From Dendrobates tinctorius (taxonomy: Eukaryota), in the NCBI RefSeq assembly GCF_039654945.1, contig NW_027361968.1, positions 1,984,001 to 2,048,000 on the forward strand: a DNA stretch of 64,000 bases, in the 5' to 3' direction. The position numbers and the translations under genes were made by a program. The notes under the pieces were generated by a model that saw nothing but the letters and a program-made list of their open reading frames with translations, was not told the DNA's origin and did no database searches. Shown piece by piece: positions 12,001-22,949 of this stretch. Within the stretch, counting starts at the first letter, position 1. The number at the start of each line of letters is the position of its first letter.

Positions 12001-15000
12001 ACCTGCCTTGCCACATTTAAAGCACTTACGAGGCTGCCCAGGATAGAAACACACACCCCTCTCCCTCCCAATAAAGAAGGAGTTGGGTAAATGGGCAGTG
12101 ATGTTATTGCATTGGCGCAGTTTCACCAAAACCCGCCACCCTCCCGTCCAGATCCCATCACTGTCTCTGCTTTTGGTGAGGTCAGAGACCAGGTCACAAT
12201 GCCTCCGGAGCCACACCACAATGTCCTGCGGGGGAACAGCCTCATTCCAGAAGATGACATTTACAGTGACAGTATCTGGCTTAGAGATAGGAATAAAGCT
12301 GAACTTACTCCAGCCCTCCGAGTCTCTAAACTTGGGGAAACTAGACCAGAATCTGTCCAGGTCAGGCATGAGCTTAAAGCTGACATCATAGCCCTGCCTG
12401 TCTGGAAGATTAATCACTGCCAGGATGCTGACTGGCACAAACCCCATCTGGTGGCACAAGAGCTCCCTGACGACAAACCTCCTGTCCGGCAGATCCTCCT
12501 TGGCACCTCTGTGCCGGAAACGCACAACGTTTCTCCGTTTAAACGCCTGGCCTGTATAATTGGAACCAGAGGTAAAGGACGGAGCACCACGACTCCAGGC
12601 ATTACTGGGGGGACCTTGCGGGGTCACATTGGGTTGACTGACGGGGTGAAGGTCTGCAGCAGGAGGGGCAGCCACACCTTGTGTTCTTGAAATTAAAGGT
12701 GGGAAATCACAGACATTATCATGCACATTGTTATCATCAGCATCAATGTCATTATCAGACTGTGCAGCGTCCACCAAATATACTGTGCTCCCCCAAGCCC
12801 CCGACCCCCCAGATACAGTGCGGTTATCCCCAGCATCAGAGCCCTGCTGGGCACCATCAGTAATGACCGGCACATGTCCACTGCCCAACTGTTGTGCTTG
12901 GCATTCTGAGACTTGTAGTCCCTCTGCTGGAAAGTGCAGTCCATGCTGCTGCTTGGAATCTGCTGCAGGCTGCTGTGCTGGGCATTCTGAGACTTGTGGT
13001 ACACCTGCTGGAATCTGCATAACATGCTGCTGCTTGGGGTCTGCCGCAGACTGCTGCGGCTGCAGTATTTGACCCTTTTGGAAGCAGAAACTTGCTGGCT
13101 GCAGCACTGGCCGCACCGGCTTCTGGGGCCCACCTGGGACAATGTCTGTGCTGGAACCTGCAGAGTCCTGCTTGTGTGACATAAACAGTTCCTGGTTCCT
13201 ATAAGTCTCTGCCAGGGGCCCCATCTTCTCTAGGACACAGTCCATGTCCGTCACCACTTTTGCCAGCTGTATACCAAGCATGTTCAGAGTCTGATCACAA
13301 AAGGTGTGATCCCCACCAGGATTAGCAGCCTTTACCTTATAGCCCATGTCTATCTGTTTCTGCAGCAAGTCTTTGTGCTGCTGTAACTCACCGAGCCTCT
13401 TGACCAGTCCTGGGATCTCCTCTGCGACCTGAAGCTCAGGTGCACATGGCGTCTCCTCCTGGGATCCTGCCTTCAGCAATGTCCCTGGATGCTTGAAACC
13501 AGACGTCTCCTTAACTTTCACCACCGCTGGTTTCGTGGTTCCAGGCTCCACAGCACTTTTACTGCTGCCACCTGACTGCGACCTTGTGCGCCCAGAGCTC
13601 GCCATGCTGGCCACCACATGCTTCTGCTGCAGGTTCTCCTGGAGCGTCTGTCTCTCCAGTGAGGTTCTCCTCTGTCTGCTGGGAGTCAGCTGCACACCTG
13701 AAGATGGTGATGGCACCTCCTGAGCTGCAGGCTGCTTTCCTCCATTCAGCTTCTCACCAGTAGATTTCTTCTGGATTTCTCCTAGTTGTCCTTCACTCTG
13801 TTTGCCTTGGCTGGCCGACTGCTTAACTGGAACTTTCTTACCCACAGCCATGGCTTTTCCTTGTTCCGTTACTTTTTGCACTTTCACAGCTTCATTATTC
13901 CTGCTGCTGCTGCTACTTCCATTCTGAGCTTTCTTTCCCTCAGAAACAACTTTGGGACTTGCATCCGCCTTAGACACAACTTGAGTGTTACGTCCAAGTG
14001 TAGGCCTGGAAGCCTGGGCCTTGCTTGGGGAGTTACCCCGCCCAGGGTGGCCTCCCCCTGGGCTTGATCCAGACATCAGGAGAGCTACAAACACACAACC
14101 TCACAGCTAGGAGGCAGTATTATAGTAGTTATATTCTTGTATATAGGAGCAGTATTATAGAAGTTATATTCTTGTATATAGGAACAGTATTATAGTAGTT
14201 ATATTCTTGTATATAGGAACAGTATTATAGGAGTTATATTCTTGTACATAGGGGGCAGTATTATAGGAGTTATATTCTTGTACATAGGAGGCAGTATTAT
14301 AGTAGTTATATTCTTGTACATAGGGGCAGTATTATAGTAATTTATATTCTTGTACATAGGGGCAGTATTATAGTAGTTATATTCTTGTACATAGGGGCAG
14401 TATTATAGTAGTTATATTCTTGTACATAGGGGGCAGTATTATAGTAGTTATATTCTTGTACATAGGAGGCAGTATTATAGTAGTTATATTCTTGTACATA
14501 GGAGGCAGTATTATAGTAGTTATATTCTTGTACATAGGGACAGTTTTATAGTAGTTATATTCTTGTACATAGGGGTAGTATTATAGTAGTTATATTCTTG
14601 TACATAGGGGGCAGTATTATAGTAGTTGTATTCCTGTATATAGGGACAGTATTATAGTAGTTATATTCTTGTACATAGGGGCAATATTATAGTAGTTATA
14701 TTCTTGTACATAGGAGGCAGTATTATAGTAGTTATATTCTTGTACATAGGGGCAGTATTATAGTAGTTATATTCTTGTACATAGGGGCAGTATTATATTA
14801 GTTATATTCTTGTACATAGGGGGCGGTATTATAGTAGTTATATTCTTGTACATAGGGACAGTATTATAGTAGTTATATTCTTGTACATAGGGGCAGTGTT
14901 ATAGTAGTTATATTCTTGTACATAGGGGCAGTATTATATTAGTTATATTCTTGTACATAGGGGGCAGTATTATAGTAGTTATATTCTTGTACATAGGGAC

Positions 15001-16630
15001 AGTATTATAGTAGTTATATTCTTGTACATAGGGACAGTATTATAGTAGTTATATTCTTGTACATAGGGGCAGTGTTATAGTAGTTATATTCTTGTACATA
15101 GGGGGCAGTATTATAGTAGTTATATTCTTGTACATAGGGGCAGTATTATAGTAGTTATATTCTTGTACATAGGGGCAGTATTATATTAGTTATATTCTTG
15201 TACATAGGGGGCAGTATTATAGTAGTTATATTCTTGTACATAGGGGCAGTATTATAGTAGTTGTATTCCTGTATATAGGGGCAGTATTATAGTAGTTATA
15301 TTCTTGTACATAGGGGCAATATTATAGTAGTTATATTCTTGTACATAGGAGGCAGTATTATAGTAGTTATATTCTTGTACATAGGAGGCAGTATTATAGT
15401 AGTTATATTCTTGTACATAGGGACAGTATTATAGTAGTTATATTCTTGTACATAGGGGCAGTATTATAGTAGTTATATTCTTGTACATAGGGGGCAGTAT
15501 TATAGTAGTTATATTCTTGTACATAGGGGGCAGTATTATAGTAGTTATATCCTTGTACATAGGGGCAGTATTATAGTAGTTATTTTCTTGTATATAGGAG
15601 CAGTATTATAGTAGTTATATTCTTGTACGTAGGGGCAGTATTATAGTAGTTATATTCTTGTACATAGGGGGCGGTATTATAGTAGTTATATTCTTGCACA
15701 TAGGGGCGGTATTATAGTAGTTATATTCTTGCACATAGGGGCGGTATTATAGTAGTTATATCCTGGTCTTTCTTATGTCTCTGTGCTTCCTATCTGCTGT
15801 AGGTTGGGCGGCATCTGTCATGTATAACTCTGGTGTCCGGGATCAGTTTGATGCTTTCCGCCTTCGTTCTGACACATTCAGTCTAGGTATCTGTAATGGC
15901 TGCCAGCTGATGGCGCTGCTGGGTTGGGTAGGAGCGGAGGCCCCGGTTGGTCCAGGTTAGTGACCCGCACATTTTTTTTTTTGTGGGGGGGGCTTTTGTA
16001 TGTTCTTCTCTTCTCACTTTTTGTCCTTCTGACAGGGGAGCGTTCCACACTGGGCGTCCTGCTGAGCCACAACCTGTCCGGAAGGTTTGAGTCTCGCTTT
16101 GTGACTGTTAAGATTGAAGAGAGTCCCTGTGTCCTGCTGCAGGGGATGGCGGGGTCATCGATCGGGGTTTGGGTGGCACATGGAGAAGGTAAGTGTCTCC
16201 TGGTGACTTCTGACCTTCGTAGAGGTGAAGTCTATGAAGAAAGGATCTGCCGGTTGTCGGGGTTTTGTATTGGTTGTCACCCGGTTTGACCGTTCACCTC
16301 CGTCCTCCAGGTCTTATGAGATTCCGGTCTGAGAAGGTTCGCGACCACTTGACCTCTCATCATTTGGCTCCTCTGCGCTACGTGAATGACCAGAATGTCG
16401 CCACGGAGGAGTACCCCATGAATCCTAACGGCTCCCCGCTCGGGATCGCCGGCCTCTGCTCGGAGGATGGACGCCACCTGGCGATGATGCCGCACCCTGA
16501 GCGCTGCGTCCTGAAGTGGCAGTGGCCCTGGATGCCGGAGGACTGGAGGACGACACTGGACGCCTCTCCCTGGATGCGCCTCTTCCATAATGGTTACAGC
16601 TGGTGCCTGAAGAGCACGATGGAGGACTGA
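45..16630 (+). CDS. PFAS: Phosphoribosylformylglycinamidine synthase (FGAM synthase), 3' 18 coding exons; 5' part lies upstream of the window
   Basis: Exons 45-118, 199-355, 451-512, 590-751, 920-1030, 1116-1247, 1328-1558, 1753-1933, 2008-2091, 2178-2333, 5403-5522, 5597-5742, 5978-6179, 6261-6352, 6522-6636, 15803-15955, 16036-16188 and 16311-16630 join in consistent phase. PurL motifs present: [73 protein letters not shown], glutaminase GICNGCQL and MMPHPER. Confidence 0.97.
2566..4928. repeat. Tandem repeat, ~74-bp unit (73-77), ~32 copies, in a PFAS intron
   Basis: Unit CAGCAGCCGAGATAGCAAACCTTCCAGTGTGATGTAGTGAGCTTTGTCATCTAGGTCACTGCCTGTGCGAAGAT. Confidence 0.95.
5809..5893. repeat. Short 19-bp minisatellite, ~4 copies
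   Basis: CCTGTGCTCACCCGTGTCC repeated. Confidence 0.85.
6716..11030. repeat. 35/36-bp satellite, left block, in the PFAS GC-AG intron
   Basis: Unit GGGGCAGTATTATAGTAGTTATATTCTTGTACATA, ~120 copies. Confidence 0.97.
11031..14107 (-). mobile_element. ORF1-only non-LTR retroelement (L1/Tx1-clade-derived, HAL1-like architecture) or ZCCHC3-like retrocopy, ~3.08 kb
   Basis: Sharp boundaries with the 35-bp satellite on both sides. ~30-nt 5' leader, one long ORF, then a ~290-nt T-rich 3' UTR ending in AATAAA (plus-strand TTTATT at 11034-11039). No endonuclease or RT ORF. Confidence 0.75.
11320..14076 (-). CDS. ZCCHC3-like / Tx1-type ORF1 protein, 918 aa from the first ATG (14076): low-complexity N-terminus, coiled coil, RRM-like region, three CCHC zinc knuckles, acidic/basic tail
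   Basis: Uninterrupted intronless ORF. Motifs [57 protein letters not shown]. Knuckles [41 protein letters not shown]. Confidence 0.85.
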   Translation of the reverse strand: MSGSSPGGGHPGRGNSPSKAQASRPTLGRNTQVVSKADASPKVVSEGKKAQNGSSSSSRNNEAVKVQKVTEQGKAMAVGKKVPVKQSASQGKQSEGQLGEIQKKSTGEKLNGGKQPAAQEVPSPSSGVQLTPSRQRRTSLERQTLQENLQQKHVVASMASSGRTRSQSGGSSKSAVEPGTTKPAVVKVKETSGFKHPGTLLKAGSQEETPCAPELQVAEEIPGLVKRLGELQQHKDLLQKQIDMGYKVKAANPGGDHTFCDQTLNMLGIQLAKVVTDMDCVLEKMGPLAETYRNQELFMSHKQDSAGSSTDIVPGGPQKPVRPVLQPASFCFQKGQILQPQQSAADPKQQHVMQIPAGVPQVSECPAQQPAADSKQQHGLHFPAEGLQVSECQAQQLGSGHVPVITDGAQQGSDAGDNRTVSGGSGAWGSTVYLVDAAQSDNDIDADDNNVHDNVCDFPPLISRTQGVAAPPAADLHPVSQPNVTPQGPPSNAWSRGAPSFTSGSNYTGQAFKRRNVVRFRHRGAKEDLPDRRFVVRELLCHQMGFVPVSILAVINLPDRQGYDVSFKLMPDLDRFWSSFPKFRDSEGWSKFSFIPISKPDTVTVNVIFWNEAVPPQDIVVWLRRHCDLVSDLTKSRDSDGIWTGGWRVLVKLRQCNNITAHLPNSFFIGRERGVCFYPGQPRKCFKCGKAGHLNTCTVVKCSLCGEVGHLAADCQNIRCNLCGKIGHPHRDCPDAWHNICKDFPDEDLVAGAEILEEAALLSGEILTRPEVHQGSTQLTPEQQGSEREQGSMEVVPQGQRSQEGITSVLPSVSDEYSNNQKRKKKDKASRKPEGYDTGQGAGKKFQSSAGVMVVSNRFDVLSESDGEFEDDLNRIDAECDRDVEDCPPPKRKPLPEGTRVESEMETGGEQNNSDSDL
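14108..15762. repeat. 35/36-bp satellite, right block
   Basis: Same unit and orientation as 6716-11030; ends ~40 nt before the PFAS acceptor at 15802. Confidence 0.97.
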
Positions 16631-16739
16631 CGAGGAGGACAAGTGCGATCCGCAGCTCGGGATGGAAGCGTCTCCACAGCGGAGATCTCAGATGTGACGT
16701 TTATTGCTTATATTAAGCCTTAACTGCATGAGAACGGAG

Positions 16740-16745
16740 AATAAA
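16740..16745 (+). promoter_or_regulatory. Probable PFAS polyadenylation signal
   Basis: AATAAA 110 nt after the PFAS stop and ~100 nt before the 86-bp satellite. Confidence 0.6.
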
Positions 16746-16837
16746 TGTCAGCAGTCATCGCTCAATGCCAGGAGCATTCATTAAAGCCACAACACCGTGC
16801 CTACATGTCTTTCTCCTGGGTTCCACTGTCATGAAAT

Positions 16838-19800
16838 ATACTCCAGAGCTGCACTCACTATTCTGCTGGTGCAGTCACCATGTACATACATTACATTACT
16901 GATCCTGAGTTACATCCTGTATTATTCTCCAGAGCTGCACTCACTATTCTGCTGGTGCAGTCACTGTGTACACACATTACATTACTGATCCTGAGTTACA
17001 TCCTGTATTATACCCCAGAGCTGCACTCACTATTCTGCTGGTGCAGTCACTGTGTACATACATTACTGATCCTGAGTTACATCCTGTACTATACCCCAGA
17101 GCTGCACTCACTATTCTGCTGGTGCAGTCACTGTGTACATACATTACATTACTGATCCTGAGTTACATCTTGTATTATACTCCAGAGCTGCACTCACTAT
17201 TCTGTTGGTGCGGTCACTGTGTACATACATTACATTACTGATCCTGAGTTACATCCTGTATTATACTCCAGAGCTGCACTCACTATTCTGTTGGTGCGGT
17301 CACTGTGTACATACATTACATTACTGATCCTGAGTTACATCCTGTATTATACCCCAGAGCTGCACTCACTATTCTGCTGGTGCAGTCACTGTGTACATAC
17401 ATTACATTACTGATCCTGAGTTACATCCTGTATTATACTCCAGAGCTGCACTCACTATTCTGCTGGTACAGTCACTGTGTACATTACGTTACTGATCCTG
17501 AGTTACATCCTGTATTATACTCCAGAGCTGCACTCACTATTCTGCTGGTGCAGTCACTGTGTACATACATTACATAACTGATCCTGAGTTACATCTTGTA
17601 TTATACTCCAGAGCTGCACTCACTATTCTGTTGGTGCGGTCACTGTGTACATACATTACATTACTGATCCTGAGTTACATCCTGTATTATACTCCAGAGC
17701 TGCACTCACTATTCTGCTGGTACAGTCACTGTGTACATACATTACATTACTGATCCTGATTTACCTCCTGTATTATACTCCAGAGCTGCTCTCACTATTC
17801 TGCTGGTACAGTCACTGTGTACATACATTACTGATCCTGAGTTACCTCCTGTATTATACCCCAGAGCTGCACTCACTATTCTGCTGGTGCAGTCACTGTG
17901 TACATACATTACATTACTGAGCCTGAGTTACATCCTGTATTATACCCCAGAGCTGCACTCGCTATTCTGCTGGTGCAGTCACTGTGTACATACATTACAT
18001 TACTGATCCTGAGTTACCTCCTGTATTATACTCCAGAGCTGCTCTCACTATTCTGCTGGTACAGTCACTGTGTACATACATTACTGATCCTGAGTTACCT
18101 CCTGTATTATACCCCAGAGCTGCACTCACTATTCTGCTGGTGCAGTCACTGTGTACATACATTACATTACTGATTCATCCTGAGTTACCTCCTGTATTAT
18201 ACCCCAGAGCTGCACTCACTATTCTGCTGGTGCAGTCACTGTATACATACATTACTGATCCTGAGTTACATCCTGTATTATACTCCAGAGCTGCGCTCAC
18301 TATTCTGCTGGTGCAGTCACTGTGTACATACATTACATTACTGATACATCCTGAGTTACATCCTGTATTATACTCTAGAGCTGCACTCACTATTCTGCTG
18401 GTGCAGTCACTGTGTACATACATTACATTACTGATCCTGAGTTACCTCCTGTATTATACCCCAGAGCTGCACTCACTATTCTGCTGGTGCAGTCACTGTG
18501 TACATACATTACATTACTGATCCTGAGTTACCTCCTGTATTATACCCCAGAGCTGCACTCACTATTCTGCTGGTGCAGTCACTGTATACATACATTACTG
18601 ATCCTGAGTTACATCCTGTATTATACTCCAGAGCTGCGCTCACTATTCTGCTGGTGCAGTCACTGTGTACATACATTACATTACTGATACATCCTGAGTT
18701 ACATCCTGTATTATACTCTAGAGCTGCACTCACTATTCTGCTGGTGCAGTCACTGTGTACATACATTACATTACTGATCCTGAGTTACCTCCTGTATTAT
18801 ACCCCAGAGCTGCACTCACTATTCTGCTGGTGCAGTCACTGTGTACATACATTACATTACTGAGCCTGAGTTACATTCTGTATTATACCCCAGAGCTGCA
18901 CTCGCTATTCTGCTGATGCAGTCACTGTGTACATACATTACATTACTGATCCTGAGTTACCTCCTGTATTATACTCCAGAGCTGCTCTCACTATTCTGCT
19001 GGTACAGTCACTGTGTACATACATTACATTACTGATCCTGAGTTACATCCTGTATTATACTCCAGAGCTGCGCTCACTATTCTGCTGATGCATCACTGTG
19101 TACATACATTACATTACTGATCCATCCTGAGTTACCTCCTGTATTATACCCCAGAGCTGCACTCACTATTCTGCTGATGCAGTCACTGTGTACATACATT
19201 ACATTACTGATACATCCTGAGTTACATCCTGTATTATACTCTAGAGCTGCACTCACTATTCTGCTGGTGCAGTCACTGTGTACATACATTACATTACTGA
19301 TCCTGAGTTACATCCTGTATTATACTCCAGAGCTGCACTCACTATTCTGCTGGTGCAGTCACTGTATACATACATTACATTACTGATCCTGAGTTACATC
19401 CTGTATTATACTCCAGAGCTGCACTCACTATTCTGCTGGTGCGGTCACTGTGTACATACATTACATTACTGATCCTGAGTTACCTCCTGTATTATAGTCC
19501 AGAGCTGCACTCACTATTCTGCTGGTGCAGTCACTGTGTACATACATTACATTACTGATCCTGAGTTACATCCTCTATTATACCCCAGAGCTGCACTCAC
19601 TATTCTGCTGGTGCAGTCACTGTGTACATACATTACATTACTGATCCTGAGTTACATCCTGTATTATACCCCAGAGCTGCACTCACTATTCTGCTGGTGC
19701 AGTCACTGTGTACATACATTACATTACTGATCCTGAGTTACATCCTGTATTATACTCCAGAGCTGCAGTCACTATTCTGCTGGTGCAGTCACTGTGTACA

Positions 19801-20571
19801 TACATTACATTACTGATCCTGAGTTACATCCTGTATTATACTCCAGAGCTGCACTCACTATTCTGCTGGTGCAGTCACTGTGTACATACATTACTGATCC
19901 TGAGTTACATCCTGTATTATACTCCAGAGCTGCAGTCACTATTCTGCTGGTGCAGTCACTGTGTACATACATTACATTACTGATCCTGAGTTACATCCTG
20001 TATTATACTCCAGAGCTGCAGTCACTATTCTGCTGGTGCAGTCACTGTGTACATACATTACATTACTGATCCTGAATTACATCCTGTATTATACTCCAGA
20101 GCTGCACTCACTATTCTGCTGGTGCAGTCACTGTGTACATACATTACATTACTGATCCTGAGTTACATCCTGTATTATACTCCAGAGCTGCAGTCACTAT
20201 TCTGCTGGTTCAGTCACTGTGTACATACATTACATTACTGATCCTGAATTACATCCTGTATTATACTCCAGAGCTGCACTCACTATTCTGCTGGTGCAGT
20301 CACTGTGTACATACATTACATTACTGATCCTGAGTTACATCCTGTATTATACTCCAGAGCTGCACTCACTATTCTGCTGGTTCAGTCACTGTGTACATAC
20401 ATTACATTACTGATCCTGAATTACATCCTGTATTATACTCCAGAGCTGCAGTCACTATTCTGCTGGTGCAGTCACTGTGTACATACATTACATTACTGAT
20501 CCTGAATTACATCCTGTATTATACTCCAGAGCTGCACTCACTATTCTGCTGGTGCAGTCACTGTGTACATA
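16838..20571. repeat. 86-bp satellite (81/86/90-bp variants), ~43 copies; a partial unit resumes at 22194-22245
   Basis: Unit CCAGAGCTGCACTCACTATTCTGCTGGTGCAGTCACTGTGTACATACATTACATTACTGATCCTGAGTTACATCCTGTATTATACT. Confidence 0.97.
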
Positions 20572-22193
20572 CAGTGCCTTGTGAAAGTATTCAACCCCCT
20601 AGAACTTTTCAGCCTTTTCCCACATATCATGCTTCACACATAAAGATACCAAATATAAATTTTTGGTGAAGAATCAACCACAAGTGGGACACAATTGTGA
20701 AGTTGAGTGAAATTTATTGGTTATTTTAAATTTTTGTGGAAATTCAAAAACTGAAAAGTGGAGCGTGCAATATTATTCAGCCCCTTTACTTTCAGTGCAG
20801 CAAACTCACTCCAGAAGTTCATTGTGGATCTGTGAATGATCTAATATTGTCCTAAATGACTAATGATGATAAATATAATCCACCTGTGTGTAATCAAGTC
20901 TCCGTATAAATGCCCCTGCTCAGTGATAGTCTCAGGGTTCTGTCTCATGCACAGAGATCATCATGAAGACCAAGGAACACAACAGGCAGGTCCGTGATAC
21001 CGTTGTGGAGAAGTTTAAAGCCGGATTTGGATACAAAATGATTTCCAAAACTTTAAACATCCCAAGGAGCACTGTGCAAGCGATCATATTGAAATGGAAG
21101 GAGAATCATACCACTGCAAATCTACCAAGACCCGGCCGTCCCTCTAAACTTTCATCTCAAACAAGGAGAAGACTGATCAGAGATGCAGCCAAGAGGCCCA
21201 TGATCACTCTGGATGAACTGCAGAGATCTACAGCTGAGGTGGGACAGTCTGTCCATAGGACAACAATCAGTCGTACACTGCACAAATCTGGCCTTTATGG
21301 AAGAGTGGCGAGAAGAAAGCCACTTATCAAAGATATCCATAAAAAGTGTCGTTTAAAGTTTGCAACAAGCCACCTGGGAGACACCAAACATGTGGGAGAA
21401 GGTGCTCTGGTCAGACGAAACCAAAATCAAACTTTTTGGCAACAATGCCAAACGATATGTTTGACGTAAAGGCGACACAGCTCATCACCCTGAACACACC
21501 ATCCCCACTGTCAGACATGGTGGTGGCAGCATCATGGTTTGGGCCTGCTTTTCTTCAGCAGGGACAGGGAAGATGGATAAAATTGATGGGAAGATGGATG
21601 GAGCCAAATACAGGACCATTCTAGAAGAAAACCTGTTGGAGTCTGCAAAAGACCGGAGACTGGGACGGAGATTTGTCTTCCAACAAGACAATGATCCCAA
21701 ACATAAAGCAAAATCTACAATGGAATGGTTCACAAATAAACGTCACCAGGTGTTAGAATGGCCAAGTCACAGTCCAGACCTGAATCCAACCGAGAATCTG
21801 TGGAAAGAGCTGAAAACTGCTGTTCACAAACGATCTCCATCCAACCTCACTGAGCGCGAGCTGTTTGCCAAGGAAGAATGGGCGAGAATTTCAGTCTCTC
21901 GATGTACAAAACAGATAGAGACATACCCCAAGAGACTGCAGCTGTAATCGCAGCAAAAGGAGGCGCAACAAAGTATTAAAGGGGCTGAATAATATTGCAC
22001 GCCCCACTTTTCAATGTTTGAATTTCCACAAAGATGTAAAATAACCAATAAATTTCCTCCAACTTCACAATTGTGTCCCACTTGTTGTTGATTCTTCACC
22101 AAAAATTTACATTTGGTATCTTTATGTTTGAAGCATGATATGTGGGAAAAGGCTGAAAAGTTCCAAGGGGATGAATACTTTTGCAAGTCCCTG
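20572..22193 (+). mobile_element. Full-length Tc1-family DNA transposon with ~200-bp TIRs; transposase (20963-~21977) frameshifted
   Basis: Ends TA|CAGTGCCTTGTGAAAGTATTC ... GAATACTTTTGCAAGTCCCTG|TA. Paired-like HTH with GRP motif, LWSDETK, FQQDNDPKH, WPSHSPDLNPTENLW. Frameshift near 21385 and an in-frame TGA near 21463. Confidence 0.95.
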
Positions 22194-22949
22194 TACATTA
22201 CTGATCCTGAGTTGCCTCCTGCAGTGTGCTCCAGAGCTGCACTCATTGAGGCTTGTTTTCTGGGAGCAGCGCTCGCTCCCCCAGGCTCTGCACTGTCTGG
22301 TGTGTCAGGTTGCTCTGTATAATCTCGGCATTATGGTCGGGGAGGGAGTTCCTTGCTGTTTCCCTCCCTCTGTTGTGTAATGTTGCTGCTCAGGGATTAC
22401 AGAGTCATTGTGAGAGTCCAGGGTGACACTGCTGGGACCAGAGGGCGAGAAGGCACCGGGCGGAGAGCAGCGGCCTGCCCAGGTGAGAGCGGAGGACTAC
22501 CTGGTCCCAGATTACAGGATAAAGCCTTGAACTTAGAAAATGGGTGAAACCGCGTGGAAATGAATGAAGTCTGTTATTCTCTGTTATCAGCTGCTCTTTT
22601 GCTTTATTTTCTCACACGGGGTGCGGTGCGGTCCGGAGATGCAGTGCGGTCCGGATGCACAGCGTCCGGCAGCTGCTCTAAGGCAGAGATTTTTTGTAAT
22701 GGTAATGATCACGTACAGATAATCTCCACCAGGAAAGGATGTCAGACATTGTGTGCACAGGTCCAGACTTGTGAGTTTAGGGCTGCGCAGCGCTCGTTCC
22801 TCTCCTGTCGGTGTAGTCATTCAGCAATCTCCATTCACTTCACACAAACTTCACAAGATAAACCACAGGAATAATGTCATGCCGATGAGCGAACCCCTCC
22901 TGGTGTATCGGAGGAGGCGATGTAAGAAATATGGGTGATATACCTGGAT

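Noticed and set aside
14077-14094. GTG start of the 924-aa ORF in the track
   Set aside because: In a eukaryotic context the first in-frame ATG, at 14076, is the more plausible start.
6716-15762. TAGGGGGCAG in the 35-bp satellite as a CTCF motif
   Set aside because: It matches only the 3' part of the core, lacks the conserved CCA(C/G), and most units have only four Gs.
16797-20669. Many MYIHYITDPEL... ORFs (also at 35040-37338)
   Set aside because: Translations of the 86-bp satellite.
20963-21977. Active Tc1 transposase
   Set aside because: A frameshift and an in-frame stop split the ORF; all Tc1 copies in the window are defective.
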